From assembly GCF_009834535.1 (NCBI RefSeq), contig NC_045720.1, forward strand, positions 620,001 to 684,000: a DNA stretch of 64,000 bases. The letters are read 5' to 3'. The translations under genes were made by a program, and so were the position numbers. Below the pieces are notes generated by a model that had not been told where the DNA came from, ran no database searches, and saw only the letters and a program-made list of their open reading frames with translations. This document shows positions 24,101 to 36,800 of this stretch, in pieces. Position 1 is the first letter of the stretch. Every line of letters begins with the position of its first letter. The stretch comes from Camelus ferus (Eukaryota).

Positions 24101-27100
24101 AGGGCAGCATCAACTGTGGTAACTGAGGTGGGAAATCTGGGGAACAGGCGGCCTTTGGGGAAACCCGACACCCCAGATGCTCTCCATGGGACTCAGCCTC
24201 CCATCCTGGAGCAGAGACACCAACAGGAGAGGGACAGTAGGAGTTCAGAGAGGGGCTGTTGAGGCCTTGGATAGAGGCCATAGCGGCTGGAGGGGTCAGT
24301 GACCCACCTAGGAAGGTAGGAGGACCAGGTCTGTGTGCCAGACAAGGCCTATCTGGGCATTTGGATGTGAGAGTGTAGGCAGACAGTGCCTTGCAAGAGG
24401 CTAGCTCTCAGACAAAGTCCGCAGGGGGCTCCCCAGCCGACATCTTCTCTAGGGAGGGGTACGCAGGCACAGCCAGCTGGCAGAGGCTCTGGCTTTGCCC
24501 AGTGCTGCTCTGGGGTCCTTGGCTCTCTGCAGCTGGGTCCCAGAGTGCAAGGATGCAGGGCACACAGAGCAGCAGCACTGGAACTGGGCCAGGGGCGCGG
24601 GGCTGCGGGTGGGCATGGCCCTTGGGTCAGATTTAGACACAAAGGTTTGCGGCAAAGGGAAGATGGGGTACACAAGAAGGGTCCCCACAGGGAGGGAAGT
24701 GCCTCTAGGGAGAGCAAGGGGCTCCCACCTTGTAGGGCTGCATGGTGGCGGGAAAGAAGCCCCCGAGGTTGGAGAGAAGCTCCTGGGGCCGCCTCTTCGG
24801 TGGCAGGGGGATCTGGGAATGGGACAGGGCTCAGAGCCAAGCTTGGACTCCAGAGTCCCTGCAGCTCTGCCCTTGGCTGGGCAGGACCCCCACCTGCCCA
24901 GGCCCCTCACCCTATGCTGCAGGTGGGAGGACAGGGGGTCCGGGGCCACAGGCTTCTCCCTGCGGAGCCGCTCCGACTGCAGCTGCAGGTCCAGACTGAG
25001 GCCCAGCTCACAGCTCAAGGAGGAGCGAGCCAGCAGCTAGGGCCCAGGAAGAGGAGTCAGAGGCGAGGGACAGGGATCCCAAGGTGAGGGCAGAGGGGTG
25101 GGAGGGGTGGGAGAGGTGGGAAGCCTCACCTGGGATGCTCTGCTGTGCACCCTCTGGTGGTGGGGTGGGACAGGCACGGGCACTCGGGGAGGGCGGGCAA
25201 AGCGCCGGCCCAGAGCCCCCAGGTCCTGTGGTGGCAGGGTCATTGACGCTGGGGGGGCTTCAGTGCAGTCCCCAGCCTGTCCGAGGCTAGGGGCGTCTCT
25301 GGGCAGGTCGCACACTTCCCAGGTCTCTCTCTCCACAGTGAAGGGCAAGGCACTGCACTGCTGGGACTCTCTTCCAGTATACTTGCCCTGCCAGTGGGGG
25401 AGGGGGGGCAGAAGGGCAGTGTCAGAGGCACAGGGCAAAGTGGGGGGCTGGGGGAGGCCCCATACTCACCAACGGGCCGGGGCCGTAGATCAGACGGAGG
25501 TAGTTATCGAAGGCCTCCTGGCACTGCCCGGAGAGTGGGGCCTGGGCGGCCGGGCTCACCAGCCCCAGTCTCAGCTGCTGAAGGTCTTGGTCCCGGGCAA
25601 CCAGGGCTTCCAAGTCCTGGGGTGGGGGTCAGGGGTCAGCCTGTTCTTCCTCGAGCCTTGCCGCGTGCTGCCCAGACAACCACAGGGATCCCAGGCTGCC
25701 CCGGGGACTGAGGGGAGTGGCTTGAGCCTGGGCAGGGGGCAGGGCTGGGGCACCGGGGTGGTGAGGGGGTCAGGACCCACCCCACCTCCTCCAACACTGG
25801 CTGCTGAGGTGCTGCCGTCTGGCGATGGATGAAGGACAAGGCTGTGCTGCAGACAGGGACGGGCATGGGTGGGTCACGAGGTGGCACTACCAGTGGGACA
25901 GGGCAGAGGTGGGACAAGGACCCGGGAGGTGGGTGGCCAAGCCCCTGGTGGGGAACAACCAACTGCCAGGAGTGGGGAGGCCAGGACTGGGACAGGCCTG
26001 CAGTGGCCCAAGGGGCCTGGGAGCCCCAGGGTCTCATGCTGGGGACACAGCCTGGCCCTGACCCAGGGAGCTGGGCGGGGACCTCCAGGACAGTTCAGCC
26101 AGGCTGGCTAGCAGACCTGAGGCTGGCCGCCCCATGCAGGTTGGCAAGCCTCCGCAGCTGGTCTGAGGTCAGCGACTCCTGGCTCTTCAGGGGCAGTGGA
26201 GGGTCGTCTACCATGTCGGCGACCTTCCCATACAGCTTCTGAGCAGGGAGAGGAGCCTGGAGCCCTGGCCTTGCAGGCTCATCTGCTGACAGCAGCCCCA
26301 CCCTGCCCACGTGGCACTCAGTGCACACCTTAACCAGGTAAGATGTGGGCAGGTAGAGCATGTGGGACACCAGGCAGAGGCGGGAGCCCAGTGCCAGCAC
26401 CAGATCCCCGCTGTTGTTGCAGAAGGTTAGGGCCTGAGGGGCACCATTCAGCTGCAGGAGCCTGGAGGGATGTTCAGGGCTAGAGTCCAGCCCTGCTCCA
26501 CGGAGTGGAAAACCGAGGCAGCAGCAGAGGCAAGGCTCTCTCCCCTATCAGGCTGCTGGGCTCTGGTTGAGAGCAGAGGCAGGAGAACCCAGAGGGCCAC
26601 CCCCACGCTCCTGACCCTCCCTTTGCCCTCCCAGCCCCAGCCCACCGCAGCAGGCGGTTCTCTGCTGTCCAGATGCGGATGGTGCAGTCCAGGCTGGAGC
26701 AGGCGTACAGCTTAAGCGTGGGACAGCAGCACAGGCCTGGGGGCCAGGGCTCAGGGTCAGGGACCAGATCCATACGGTGGCCTGGGCGTCACCTTTGCCC
26801 TGTCCCCTCACCGGTGATGTGGTCTGTGGGGTCGTCCTGGGGCTGGTGATCATAGCGTGGGCGGCTGTCCAGGCCGAACTGCACCAAGCCATAGGTGGCA
26901 CTGTGGGGGTCCTCAAAGCCCACAGTGACGTGCTTCCCAAGTGCACAGAGTACCACGGCCGGGTGGCAGCAGGAGAAGGTGCGAAGCAGGCTCAGGCTCT
27001 CCTCAGCGTAGGGGAAGACGCGCCACATCTTCACGGTCAAGTCTCCCCCTTGGGGGCGGGAGCCATGGTTGGGGGGGGAAGCCGGGGTTCCCAGGCCACC

Positions 27101-29718
27101 TCCTGGGGGAGGAGACGTACTGACCGGAGGACACGATGCTGTTCCAGGTGGACTCGATGGCGGTGACGGGTCCTGGGCTGTGTGCCACCGTGTGGAAGAC
27201 TCTCTTCGATGAGCGCAAGTCGAGCACAGACAGGGCGCCGTCGGTGTGCCCCACCACGGGCAGGTACCTATGGGTGGCAGCAGCCTGTTGGCGCGGGCCC
27301 TGTCGCCTTGCCCAGCCCTCACTGTCTCTGGCACCCACCGGTTCTTGTCCTTCCAGGCCCAGGCCATGTCAGTGGGGCACAGCTCGCCCTCGAGCTGGCG
27401 CACGATCTCCCATGTGGCAAATGCACTACTGGGGTCTGTGAGGTGGCTGTAGAGGTGCAGGCAGCAGGGCCTGGACGCAGGGGGTGGCGGCGGGCACAGG
27501 CGGTGCAGCACCCTCATGGGGCAGCGAGCCGCGTTGGCACACAGCAGGTGTCCCGCACGCGTCAGCAGCCACAGTGCTTCGTGAGGCAGGCAGTAGGCCA
27601 CGGCAGCCACGCAGTCTGCAGGCTCAAGCAGAAGCGCGCTCACGGTGCGTCCCGTCGAGACGGACACCAGGTAGACCGAGCCATCGGCGCACGCGCACAC
27701 GAGGCGCACAGGCAGCGGCGGGTGCAGGGGCATGGGCAGCGTGGGCGCCACCTGCAGGTGCAGCACCGGCGCTGACAGCTGCACCAACGGCGAGTAGAGC
27801 TCACGCAGGCGCCACAGCTCCAGGCTGCTGGCACGCAAGGAGAGCAAGGGCCAGCCAGGGCCGGCGGGGGCCAGCAGGCGGTCCACGCTCTCGGACGACA
27901 CGCCCCGGCCCCAGCAGCTCAGCGCCACCTCGCCCACCTGCGCCGCTGCCTGCAGGTCCCACGTGCGCAGCGTCCCGTCCTGTGAAGCTGACAGCAGCAG
28001 GGTTGTGTTGGGGAGCACAGCCACTGCAGTCACCGGGCCTGCAGGAGGGACGCGGGTCACTGCACATCAGGGACTAAGGAAGGGGAGCCGTCAGTCAGGG
28101 TGGTGGCCAGGAGCAGCGTGGCCAGGAGTCAAGGAATTCCATGCCCAGAGCCCCTTAAGGCAGAAGGCTGTGCACAAGGTGGAGGGAGACCAGGCCTCAA
28201 GAACCACGGTGGCGCGGCGCACCTGTGTGGCCCACGAACACCATCCGGATCTGCCAGTCAGCCTCCCACACCTTCACCGTGCTGTCCCGGGAAGCTGTCA
28301 CCATGGCCTCTACATCCCTGCAGTACGCCAGGTCGCAGATGGTGCTGAGGGGTGAGAGGGAGGCCCGGCGGACTTAGCACCGCCTTGTGTGTGTGTACCT
28401 GCACCCCTGCCATGACTGGATTTCCTTCGCAGACTCGCCTCATGAGTCCCCCGTCCCTGGGCCCCCTCACGTTTTGTGCAGATCTCGACGCACATCTATG
28501 AGAACCCAGGCTTGCAGATCAAAGGTGAGCACAGCTGAGCCGTAGGCTGCGAAGCAGCACGGGACCTGATGGGGAGGCTGAGGCCCCAGAGCCAGACGCG
28601 CAAGTGCACCTGCCTGGCCCGGCAGTGGCTGCAGAGGTGACCTGTGCGGAACCAGGCAGCGGCCACCTGAACGGAACTTCCAAAGCGCCAGGCTGCCGTC
28701 TGCCTCGGCCACTAGCAGCAGCCCGAGATCGGGCACTGGCAGGCAGCAGATGGGCTCGCAGCCTGGCACCCTGTGCACCCCTGGTTTACTCAGCCACAGT
28801 AAGCTTAAGTCAGATCTCAGTATGGCCAGACCCACTGGGCCCCAGCCCACAAAGCGGCCCACAGTGCCCAGCGGACCCAGCACTGCCACTAGCCCCGTGA
28901 GAGCAGCAGGAGCCGGCAGCTTCTTCTGCATCCAGCCGTCCTCCCTGTGCAAGTGCAGGTGGCCCGCACCATCCAGCATCACAAAGCGTCGGCCCACCGG
29001 GTCCTGTGCCACCGAACGTAGCCCGGGTGCCACCTCCAGGAGGCGCAGTGGCTCCAGCCCGTGGGTCAAACGCGCCACGCGCAACTCAGCTTTCTTCTCC
29101 TGTAGGCCACGACCAGCAAGCCTTAGTCAACCTCATCGGGGCCAGGGGTTGGGGGAGAGCAGTGCACCCGCCTCTGGGAGCCAGGAGGATCAGGGCTGGG
29201 GTCCTGCCGGGGCCCTTAGTAGAAGAGCCAGGCCAGGAAAGAGGCCTTGAGCCAGGTACCCTGAGCAAGCCACACCTTTTCCACGAAGTTCTGGAGGCCT
29301 GTACGCAGAAGCAGCCACAACTGGCGGGCACGGGCGCTCGGGCTCATGTTCTGCCACTGTGAGTTGCTGGTAAAAAGCCGTGGGGCCGGCTCTGAAAACG
29401 ATGACGCTGCAGGCCAGCAGGAGAAGCCCTGTCGCTGTTCGGCTGTGGACCCCCAGCCCTGGAGGTCGGGGGCAGCCAAGGGCCCTCCTGAGGGCCCTGC
29501 CAGGTGAGGGGACTGCCCCGGGAGTGCTGCGTTCCCGGGGAACAGGACCTGCGCCACAGGGGTCGAGGCCAGGCCACCTCACCATTCCTCTCCTTGAGCA
29601 GCCCCGGGTCCGGGACATCATAGATGTCAGCGTCATACAGGTCCAGGTCCAGGTCTGAAAGCAGGAGGTCGCCTTCTGCTGTAAAGGGGTTGCTCGCATC
29701 CAACACATTCGACTCCAT
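21183..29718 (-). CDS. WDR97: WD repeat-containing protein 97 (KIAA1875), 1617 aa, 24 coding exons
   Basis: Exons 29718-29583, 29406-29276, 29099-28471, 28344-28223, 28038-27339, 27267-27125, 27048-26812, 26736-26646, 26461-26329, 26238-26117, 25846-25786, 25616-25470, 25387-25130, 25036-24911, 24812-24729, 23922-23845, 23692-23501, 23427-23233, 23133-22936, 22834-22713, 22640-22478, 22157-21637, 21550-21489, 21385-21183. 4854 nt, all GT-AG, phases consistent. WD motifs (VTASRDSTVKVW, LSASQDGTLRTW, CSSLDCTIRIW) and C-terminus LQRYFLP..DPDSYS. Confidence 0.92.
22876..22933. repeat. Perfect 2 x 29-bp tandem duplication in WDR97 intron 19
   Basis: ggggcggggcctctcgagggctggggccc at 22876-22904 and 22905-22933. 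Confidence 0.9.
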
Positions 29719-29782
29719 TTCAGCAGCTGCAGGTCCAGGCGGCTCAACAGCCCCTGTGGCCGTTGCTAGGATACCTGAGGCA

Positions 29783-29815
29783 GCAGGCCCCGCCCCCGAC
29801 GCAGGCCCCGCCCCC
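29783..29815 (-). promoter_or_regulatory. Tandem GC boxes (probable WDR97 proximal promoter)
   Basis: gcaggccccgccccc twice with 18-bp period, 65-100 nt upstream of the WDR97 ATG. Confidence 0.55.
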
Positions 29816-29855
29816 ACACTGCAAGAGCCTAGGAACACATTAAGTCACAGAAACT

Positions 29856-29861
29856 TTTATT
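29856..29861 (-). terminator. AATAAA polyadenylation signal of MAF1
   Basis: tttatt on plus, ~460 nt downstream of the MAF1 stop. Confidence 0.75.
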
Positions 29862-30324
29862 GGAAACAAACCAGCTGCAGCAAAGTGACACTCAGTGCAC
29901 GCTGCCCAATGGGCAAGGTGGGGGGTACAAGTGGGCAGATGACCCCTGGGGGCCGCCTGCTGGGTCTCCAGCCCTTTGGGCTGGATTGTGCAGGCCCAAG
30001 CCTGACCCAGCACAAAATACAAAAATAAACTCTGTGGTCCAGCTGTCCCTGCCTATGTAAGTCCCTCTGGGCAGGGCAGTGGCTCTTCCCACCAGGCCCT
30101 GTGCTGTCCAGTCCAGCCACAGCGTGGGCGGCAGGAGCCCATGGGAGTGAGAGGACATCCACAGGCTAGAGCCAAAGGGCTAGGCAGGCGTGGCCTTGGG
30201 TGGCGCTGGTGCTGTGGCAGCGGCAGGATCTGGCCAGCGGCTCTGGAGGCCCTGGGGCCCCTCAGATGGGCAGGTCCAGGCACGGTTTGAAGCTGGGTGA
30301 AGCCGGGGCCTCTGTTCCTCCTCT

Positions 30325-31777
30325 TCACATACAGACCACTGGGACCCTGGGCAAAGGGTGGCGTACAGTGGGCTCTGAGGAGCCAATACCCAGGACACCA
30401 GGCAAAGGGGCCCCAGCCTGCCCACCCCAGGCTCGAGGGAGGGAGACCACTGCAGCCATTGCACACCTGTCCTCTTCCACAGCGCTGGTCTCCTCAGGTC
30501 CGCCCTCGCTGCCTCCACCGCCGCTCTCCTCCTCCTCCTCCTCCCCTAGCTCCATGTCCAGCTCGTTGCCTGCCTCTGAGGAAGTGTAGGTGGACCCACT
30601 GGGGGAGGTGAGGGAACCCGTTTTAAGACCACCTATCCTGGCCTGCTGCTGACTCCAGGGAGAATGTCCCGGGAGGACAAAGTCAGGAATAGGGTGGACC
30701 AAGCTAGGGAAATGGTGCGTGCCCCAAATAGGAAGGTGGGGGAAGGGAGGTGGACAGGTGCCAGCCAACCTGATAGAGCGGCAGCTGAAGAAAACAATCC
30801 GTTTCAGCCGCTTGTTGTAGAAAAAGTAGTTGAAGGACCAGAGACTGCCGTCCTCCCCAAAAGGATCTGAATCCAAGTCTGGATTGTAGCTGGGGAGTGC
30901 AGGGCGAGATGTGGTGTGAGGTCCCAAGTGCCACACAGACCCAGGGCCCACCTGCAGGGATGCCAGCCCACCTGTAGATGTCGCACTCGGCCAGGCAGAT
31001 CTCCTCATCGACTGCGTTCCACAGTTGTGGCTTCAGGGCCTTGAAGTCCTCTCGTACAGCCGAGAACAGACTGCAGTTGACTGCGTTCACCACCTAGGAT
31101 GGTCATAGTCGGGGCTGACCCAAGACAGCAGGCATGAACAGGGCAGGGCCATGGTAAGTTGGGGAGGACACTGGCGATAGCCCGGGGCCTGCAGGTCCCT
31201 TCCCTGACCCAACCCTCACCCAGCTGAGGCTGGGCTCCCGGCTGAACTCGTGGCTTCGGGCTGTGCTGAAGTCATAGTCTGGCCGGAAGGACTCATTGAG
31301 TGTGGCGATCAGGTAGAAGAGGGTCTTGCGGCTGCACTTGTCGCTGAGGGGGCCCTCATCCTCACCGCCTTGACTCTTACTCAGTCTGCACAGAAAGAAG
31401 TGTCAGCCCAGCACTGCCCCACATGCCACAGTCCCCAGTGGGCAGGCCCTGCCCACGCTCACCTGCTGGGGCTGAGGCCTGAGGTCTGGGGTGGGGACAG
31501 TGCCTCCAGCACGTGTGGCTGGCCCTCCTGACAAAACTGCTTGAACATGTGCTTGTCATCTCCAGCCATCTTGCATGAGTAGCTCTCAATCCTAGAGATG
31601 CAGGCAGGGTCATGGAGTATGCCACCCCCAGGTTCAACTCAGAGCCAGGGCAAAGTGACTGCTGAGACACCAGCCCCTAGAGCCCCAGCCTCACCTGCCG
31701 ATGATGTGGGCATCTCCGGTCTCCACCGTCAGCTGCGAGTTGATGGCCTCGAAGCTGGAGTTCTCCAACAGCTTCAT
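30325..31777 (-). CDS. MAF1: Repressor of RNA polymerase III transcription MAF1, 257 aa, 7 coding exons
   Basis: Exons 31777-31695, 31591-31463, 31385-31220, 31093-30972, 30889-30770, 30598-30467, 30346-30325 (774 nt). [36 protein letters not shown], acidic tail. The coding exon's acceptor is at 31821. A non-coding first exon has its donor at 32569. Confidence 0.97.
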
Positions 31778-32399
31778 GTCCTTGAGGAAGGGGTCTTGTG
31801 CTCCAAGAGGCTAGTATTGCCTGAGGATGGGAGATCAGTCCATGGGTATCTGGCCCTTGGGACTCCACCTTTGGCCCCACTCCCAGCAAGCGGGGCCCCT
31901 GTAAACAAGTTAGGTCCCTCCTGCAGCCTGCCCCCAGGCCTTCAGCACTGGCAGGAGAAGCGAGGAGATCCCCTTACCTGAGAGTGGCAAGGCTCCAGCT
32001 CAAGCCACATCCCCTGCACCTCACAGGAGATCTTGGGGCAGGCTGGGGGACCCACCAGGGTCCCCACTAACCCTGAGCTGCCGATTCGGTCTCTCCCTCA
32101 ACACTCCCCGTCCCAACGAGAGTCCTACCCACCAAGGGGGCACTGTGAGCCCACGAAGGGACACGACTCTTTAAGTCCGCCTCGGGCCGGGCCTCTCAGC
32201 CAGGCTAAGAACCTGCACCCGGTGAGGAACCAGGACACCTGGGGCTCGGCCCTGCGATCACCTGGACGCGGCGCTCTTCCCTGTTCTACAGGAGGCTGTC
32301 TAGTAAGGAGAAGAGGAAACGCATGAGCTCTTCCCTTTTTCTCCTCAAGTACGACAAGGTGCAGAGGGAGGCCCCACAGCCCTCAGGAGAGCCTGTCAG

Positions 32400-33800
32400 C
32401 AAGGTACCTAGGCGTTCCTGCGTCCGACGGGTCCCAGCCTGGCGCCGCGAACTACAAATCCCAGGAGGCCCGCGCTTCGGGAGGCGCGCACGCGCGCCGG
32501 CGCGAAGCCTGCTGGGGGCTGTAGTTCCGGAGGCCCCGAGACGGCGCCGGGCACAGGGCGTACGCCTACCTGCTTGCGCGGCGCTCAGTCGGGCCTGGCT
32601 GGGTCCGGCGGGATCAGGTCGATTGGCGTCGGTGCGGGTGAGAAGGCGGTGCGGGCCCCGGGCAGCGCGGGCTCCTCAGGACCGGAGGGCGGCGCCGCGG
32701 CCTCCGCACGGGCCGCACTGTATCCGGGGGAAGAAGCTCCGAGGCGACGTCCCGTTACTCCCGGCCCTGCCGGCCCATCCGGGCTGCCACCGCGACATAG
32801 CCTCGCCCCTGCTCGGCGCCCTACTATCGCGACCGACCTGCCCGCCGACCGCCACAGAAGGCCTGAGCAAGAGAGCGAACGACCTCTGCCTCCTCCGGCC
32901 AGACAACAACAAGCGTCCGCAAGGCCCAGCCCCACACGTCTGAATGGCCCGCTCCAGCCTCCGGGGGCGAGAGCTCGCATAGCCATTGGGCGCATTGCCC
33001 GCCGCTCAGTCCTGTCTTACACTCCTACTGGCTGCGGTGCCTGTCCATCTTCTTCTCGGCCGTGCGAGCCCGCCTCCCTCCCTGGCGCTCATTGGTCACA
33101 GCCCATCGTTGGCTCCGCCCCCTGGGGGGGCCACCTGCGTTCCCTGGAGCGATCCGCGGGCTGGCGGGACAGGGCAGCCCAGCGGCTGGCGGGAGGCAGG
33201 CCTTGAACGGGTGGGGTTGGCGTCCAGCTCCGGCCGGACGCGGGGTCGGCAAGGACCACCGGGCCGCAGCACCCGCCCGAGCCTCTTGGGCTTTCCACTT
33301 GTAGCCGGTGTTTCGGTCCGTGAGACTTTGCTCGGCGTACAGGCCTCTAGGCGCAGCCTCGCCCACCTGTGTCCGGAGACCCTGGGGCCGTGTTCACCCT
33401 TGGCGAAGCGGGAGGGTCAGTCGGGTCCGAAGCTTTCGCGGCACCCGGAACCCCAGGCTCGCGGCCGCAGTTTCCGGCCGGCGAAGGCGCTCAGCGGCCC
33501 GAGGCCACGGAAGCGGGCTCGGGAGGCCGGGCCGGGGCCGGACGGAGATGGCACCGCCGGTGGTCGGCGCGGCGGCGGCTTCGGACCCGGGCTCGACTGC
33601 GGTGCTTCTGGCGGTGCACGCCGCGGTGCGGCCGCTGGGCGCGGGGCCGGAGGCCGAGGCGCAGCTGCGGAGGCTGCAGCTGAGTGCGGACCCTGAGCGA
33701 CCAGGGCGCTTCCGGCTGGAGCTGCTGGGCGCGGGGCCCGGCTCGGTGAGTGGAGGCGGCGGGGTGTCGCGCGGCCTGGCCGCGGAGCCTGAGGCCAGCC
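32400..33800. promoter_or_regulatory. CpG island; bidirectional MAF1/SHARPIN promoter
   Basis: Head-to-head genes. Several CCAAT boxes (~32984, ~33089). Two ZNF143/ACTACA-type motifs at 32449-32469 (+) and 32507-32527 (-). Confidence 0.85.
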
Positions 33801-36800
33801 CTTTGTTTGCCAGTCGCGTTCCCTTGAGCAATTAACTTTTCTTTGCTTCTGTTTCTTCGGCTGTAAAATGGGGACAATGCTGGTACCTCCCTTCGTAGGG
33901 CTACTGTGAGGGTTTCGTAAGATAATACAAGTTAAGCGCTTAGGTCAGTATAAGTGGTCTACACGTTACCTCGTTTTCCTTTGATCACCATGTCGTGTGT
34001 GCTGGGCAGAGACACTGAGCCTAGACTCTCCCCCTCCTCAGGTCAGTTTGGAGTGGCCCTTGGAGACAGTCTCCTACACTGTCAGAGGCCCCAGCCAGCA
34101 TGAGCTGCAGCCTCCACCAGGAGGGCCTGGGACTCTCAGCCTGCACTTCGCCAACCCTCAGGAAGCTGAGCGGTGGGCAGCCCTGGTCCGAGGTGCCACC
34201 GTGGAAGGACAGAATGGTCAGTTCCCTGGAGCGAAGATTCATTTCGTTGGCCAGGGACTGCATTAGTTCTAGGAGAGAAGAGGAGAAGGCCCAATGGCTG
34301 GCCTGGATGGGGAAAGTAGTGGGGAAAGCTGGGCTCACCTTACCCACTGCTGGGGTTCTGGAAAGCCTTCCAGGAGGAAGAAAGGGGAGAAAAGGAACAG
34401 AGCTGAAGCCTGGAGTAGCAGACAAGTGTGGAGGGGCAGAGAAGCAGGCCTTCGGGACCTGGGTGAGAAGACAGACTAGATCAACAGCAAGGGACAGGTA
34501 TTCAGTGGGAGAGTAATAGGCTCAGGTTTGAACTACTTAAGACTAGTAGAGGCCTGCATTTGTGTGGGTGGTGCAGATAGGGCTGGAGAGAAGGATGTTT
34601 CCAGAGATGCTTGAGAGATGGAACTGGCTGGGTTTCATGGGGGTTTAAATGGAGGGGTTAGTGGTTGAGACAGAAAGCTGGAGGGACCAGATACTGTAGA
34701 GACCCCAGATAGAGGGCTTGTTTGGGAGGGCATGGAAGTGATCAAGTTCTGAAACACGTGGGAGGGAAGGGAGGTAGGTGGATCTGGGCTGGAGCTGGGA
34801 CTCAAGAGACAAAGGTTGGGGGTAGAAATATTCAACCAAGGTCACCCAAAAGAGGGAAGCGAGAATAGGGTCTGGGTCCAGCAGGCAGTGCCTCAGGGAA
34901 GAAGTCCACAGATGCATCAGAAGAAGAGCTGACAGAGGGGTGAGAAGAAAACCACACAGTGAGATGGAAGAGATCCAGACAGTAGCATCTGTAGAGAGAG
35001 AAAGGCTTTCTTCTTTCATTCATTCATTTGTTCGTTCACCAGATACATGTATTCAGCACCATACTAAGCCATCCTTTAAGACCTTAGAGATTTAGCATGA
35101 ATAAAACTTCAAACCTCTGCTCTCTTGGAGCTTGTATTTCTAGAGGGGAGACACACATAAAATAAGTAACATAAAATTCTGCACATGGTGGAAGGGATGG
35201 GAATGCTGGAAGGGAGGGGTTTGCAACTTAAAATAGGGTGGTAGGAAAATCCTCTTTAAGGTGACACGAGTGAAATTTAAAGATTGTAGGGTAAACCATG
35301 TGGCCAGCGAGCAGCAGGTACATACAAAATGCCCAAGGCAAGAGTCTACATGTGGCCTTTGGGGCTCATCTCAGGCCAGTCCAGGCATGGTGCTGGGTGC
35401 TTGGGAGTTCTGCTTATCTCAGTCGGCAGACAGCTCAGACCTAAGACCACTAAGGAGCTGCATCAGCACCGTGTGGGCTGGGCCTCAGGCGGGAGGTAAG
35501 AAGGGGGAGACAGCAGCATGCCCAGGGCAGGCATTAACTGGAGAGGGTTTGTTTGGAGTGGGAGCAGCCCAAGGTGTTCTGTGCTGATGGTAGAGCCAGG
35601 AGAGAGGATAGAGGTCCCTGGGATACCAAAAGGTGGCCACCCTGACGGCAGGGCTCCTGTTGAGCAGGAAGGGGCAGGCTCCTTCTGAGGACTGCTTTGG
35701 TTCTGGCTGGCTGAGAGGGCCTGCAGAGGCCAAGAGAAGTGGTCTGGCCTCTGTGGAGGAGGAGCACAGGTGAGACTGGGCAGCAGAAGGGACCAGAGCC
35801 CAAAGCAAAGCCAAGCACAGCTCTTGAGTGGAGTCTGCAGGGACTTCTGGGGTTTGCAAGGGTTGAGGTTGGGGAGAAGGCCTGGCTTGAAGTGTGGCCA
35901 AGGCAGGGCCCTGGCATGAGCTGAGGTAAGGAGGGAGAGAGAGCTCCAGGCTAAATCTCAGGAGACCACTAGCCCACCACACATCTTCCCTCCTAGGCAA
36001 TGACAGCCTGCCCCCAGCCCTAGGCCCAGAAACAAGCCCTGTTTCCCTGCCCAGTCCCCTTGAAGTGCTCACACCCAAGGCCCCCCAACCCAAGGTGGAT
36101 CTTCCCTGGAGCTCTGGAGACTTGATGGAGAAAGGTAAAGGCGGGTGCCTGGAGGGGGTCGGGGGAAGCAACCCATGTGAGGCTGTGATGGCTCTCTCTC
36201 CCCCTGCAGAAGAGCTGGCAGAGCGCCTGACCCGGGCCATAGAGGGTGGGGATGAGAAGGGGGCAGCCCATGCAGCAGCTCTCCTGGCCCAGCACCACGT
36301 GGCCCTGAGTATCCAGCTCCGAGAGGCCTGCTTCCCTCCTGGCCCCATCAGGTAAGGCCTGGGACTTCCTTCTCACCCTGACCTCCCAACCCGCTCAGGT
36401 CCCACATCCTGACCCCTGACCTACACTCTGGCCCAGACTACAGGTCACGGTTGAAGACGCTGCATCCTCTGCCCATGTCTCGCTGCAGGTCCACCCCCAC
36501 TGCACCATCGGGGCCCTCCAGGAGCAGGTGAGCACAGGGTCTGGGGGCCCCTGCTGGGGGTGGGGGCCCCAGGTGACACTGATGTTCTGGCCCAGGTGTT
36601 CTCGGAGTTTGGCTTCCCACCATCTGTGCAGCGCTGGGTCATTGGGAGGCGCTTGTGCGTCCCCGAGTACAGCCTCGCTTCCTATGGGGTCCGGCGGGAC
36701 GGGGACCCTGCTTTCCTCTACCTGCTCTCAGCCCCCCGAGAAGCCCCAGGTCAGTCCTTGATTGGGGTGGGATGAGGAAGGTGGGGTGCAGCTTGACACG

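Noticed and set aside
24349-26242. Many 130-245 aa plus-strand ORFs antisense to WDR97 (and similar ones opposite HGH1, GPAA1 and EXOSC4)
   Set aside because: Shadow ORFs of GC-rich coding DNA; no independent promoter, splice or polyA evidence.
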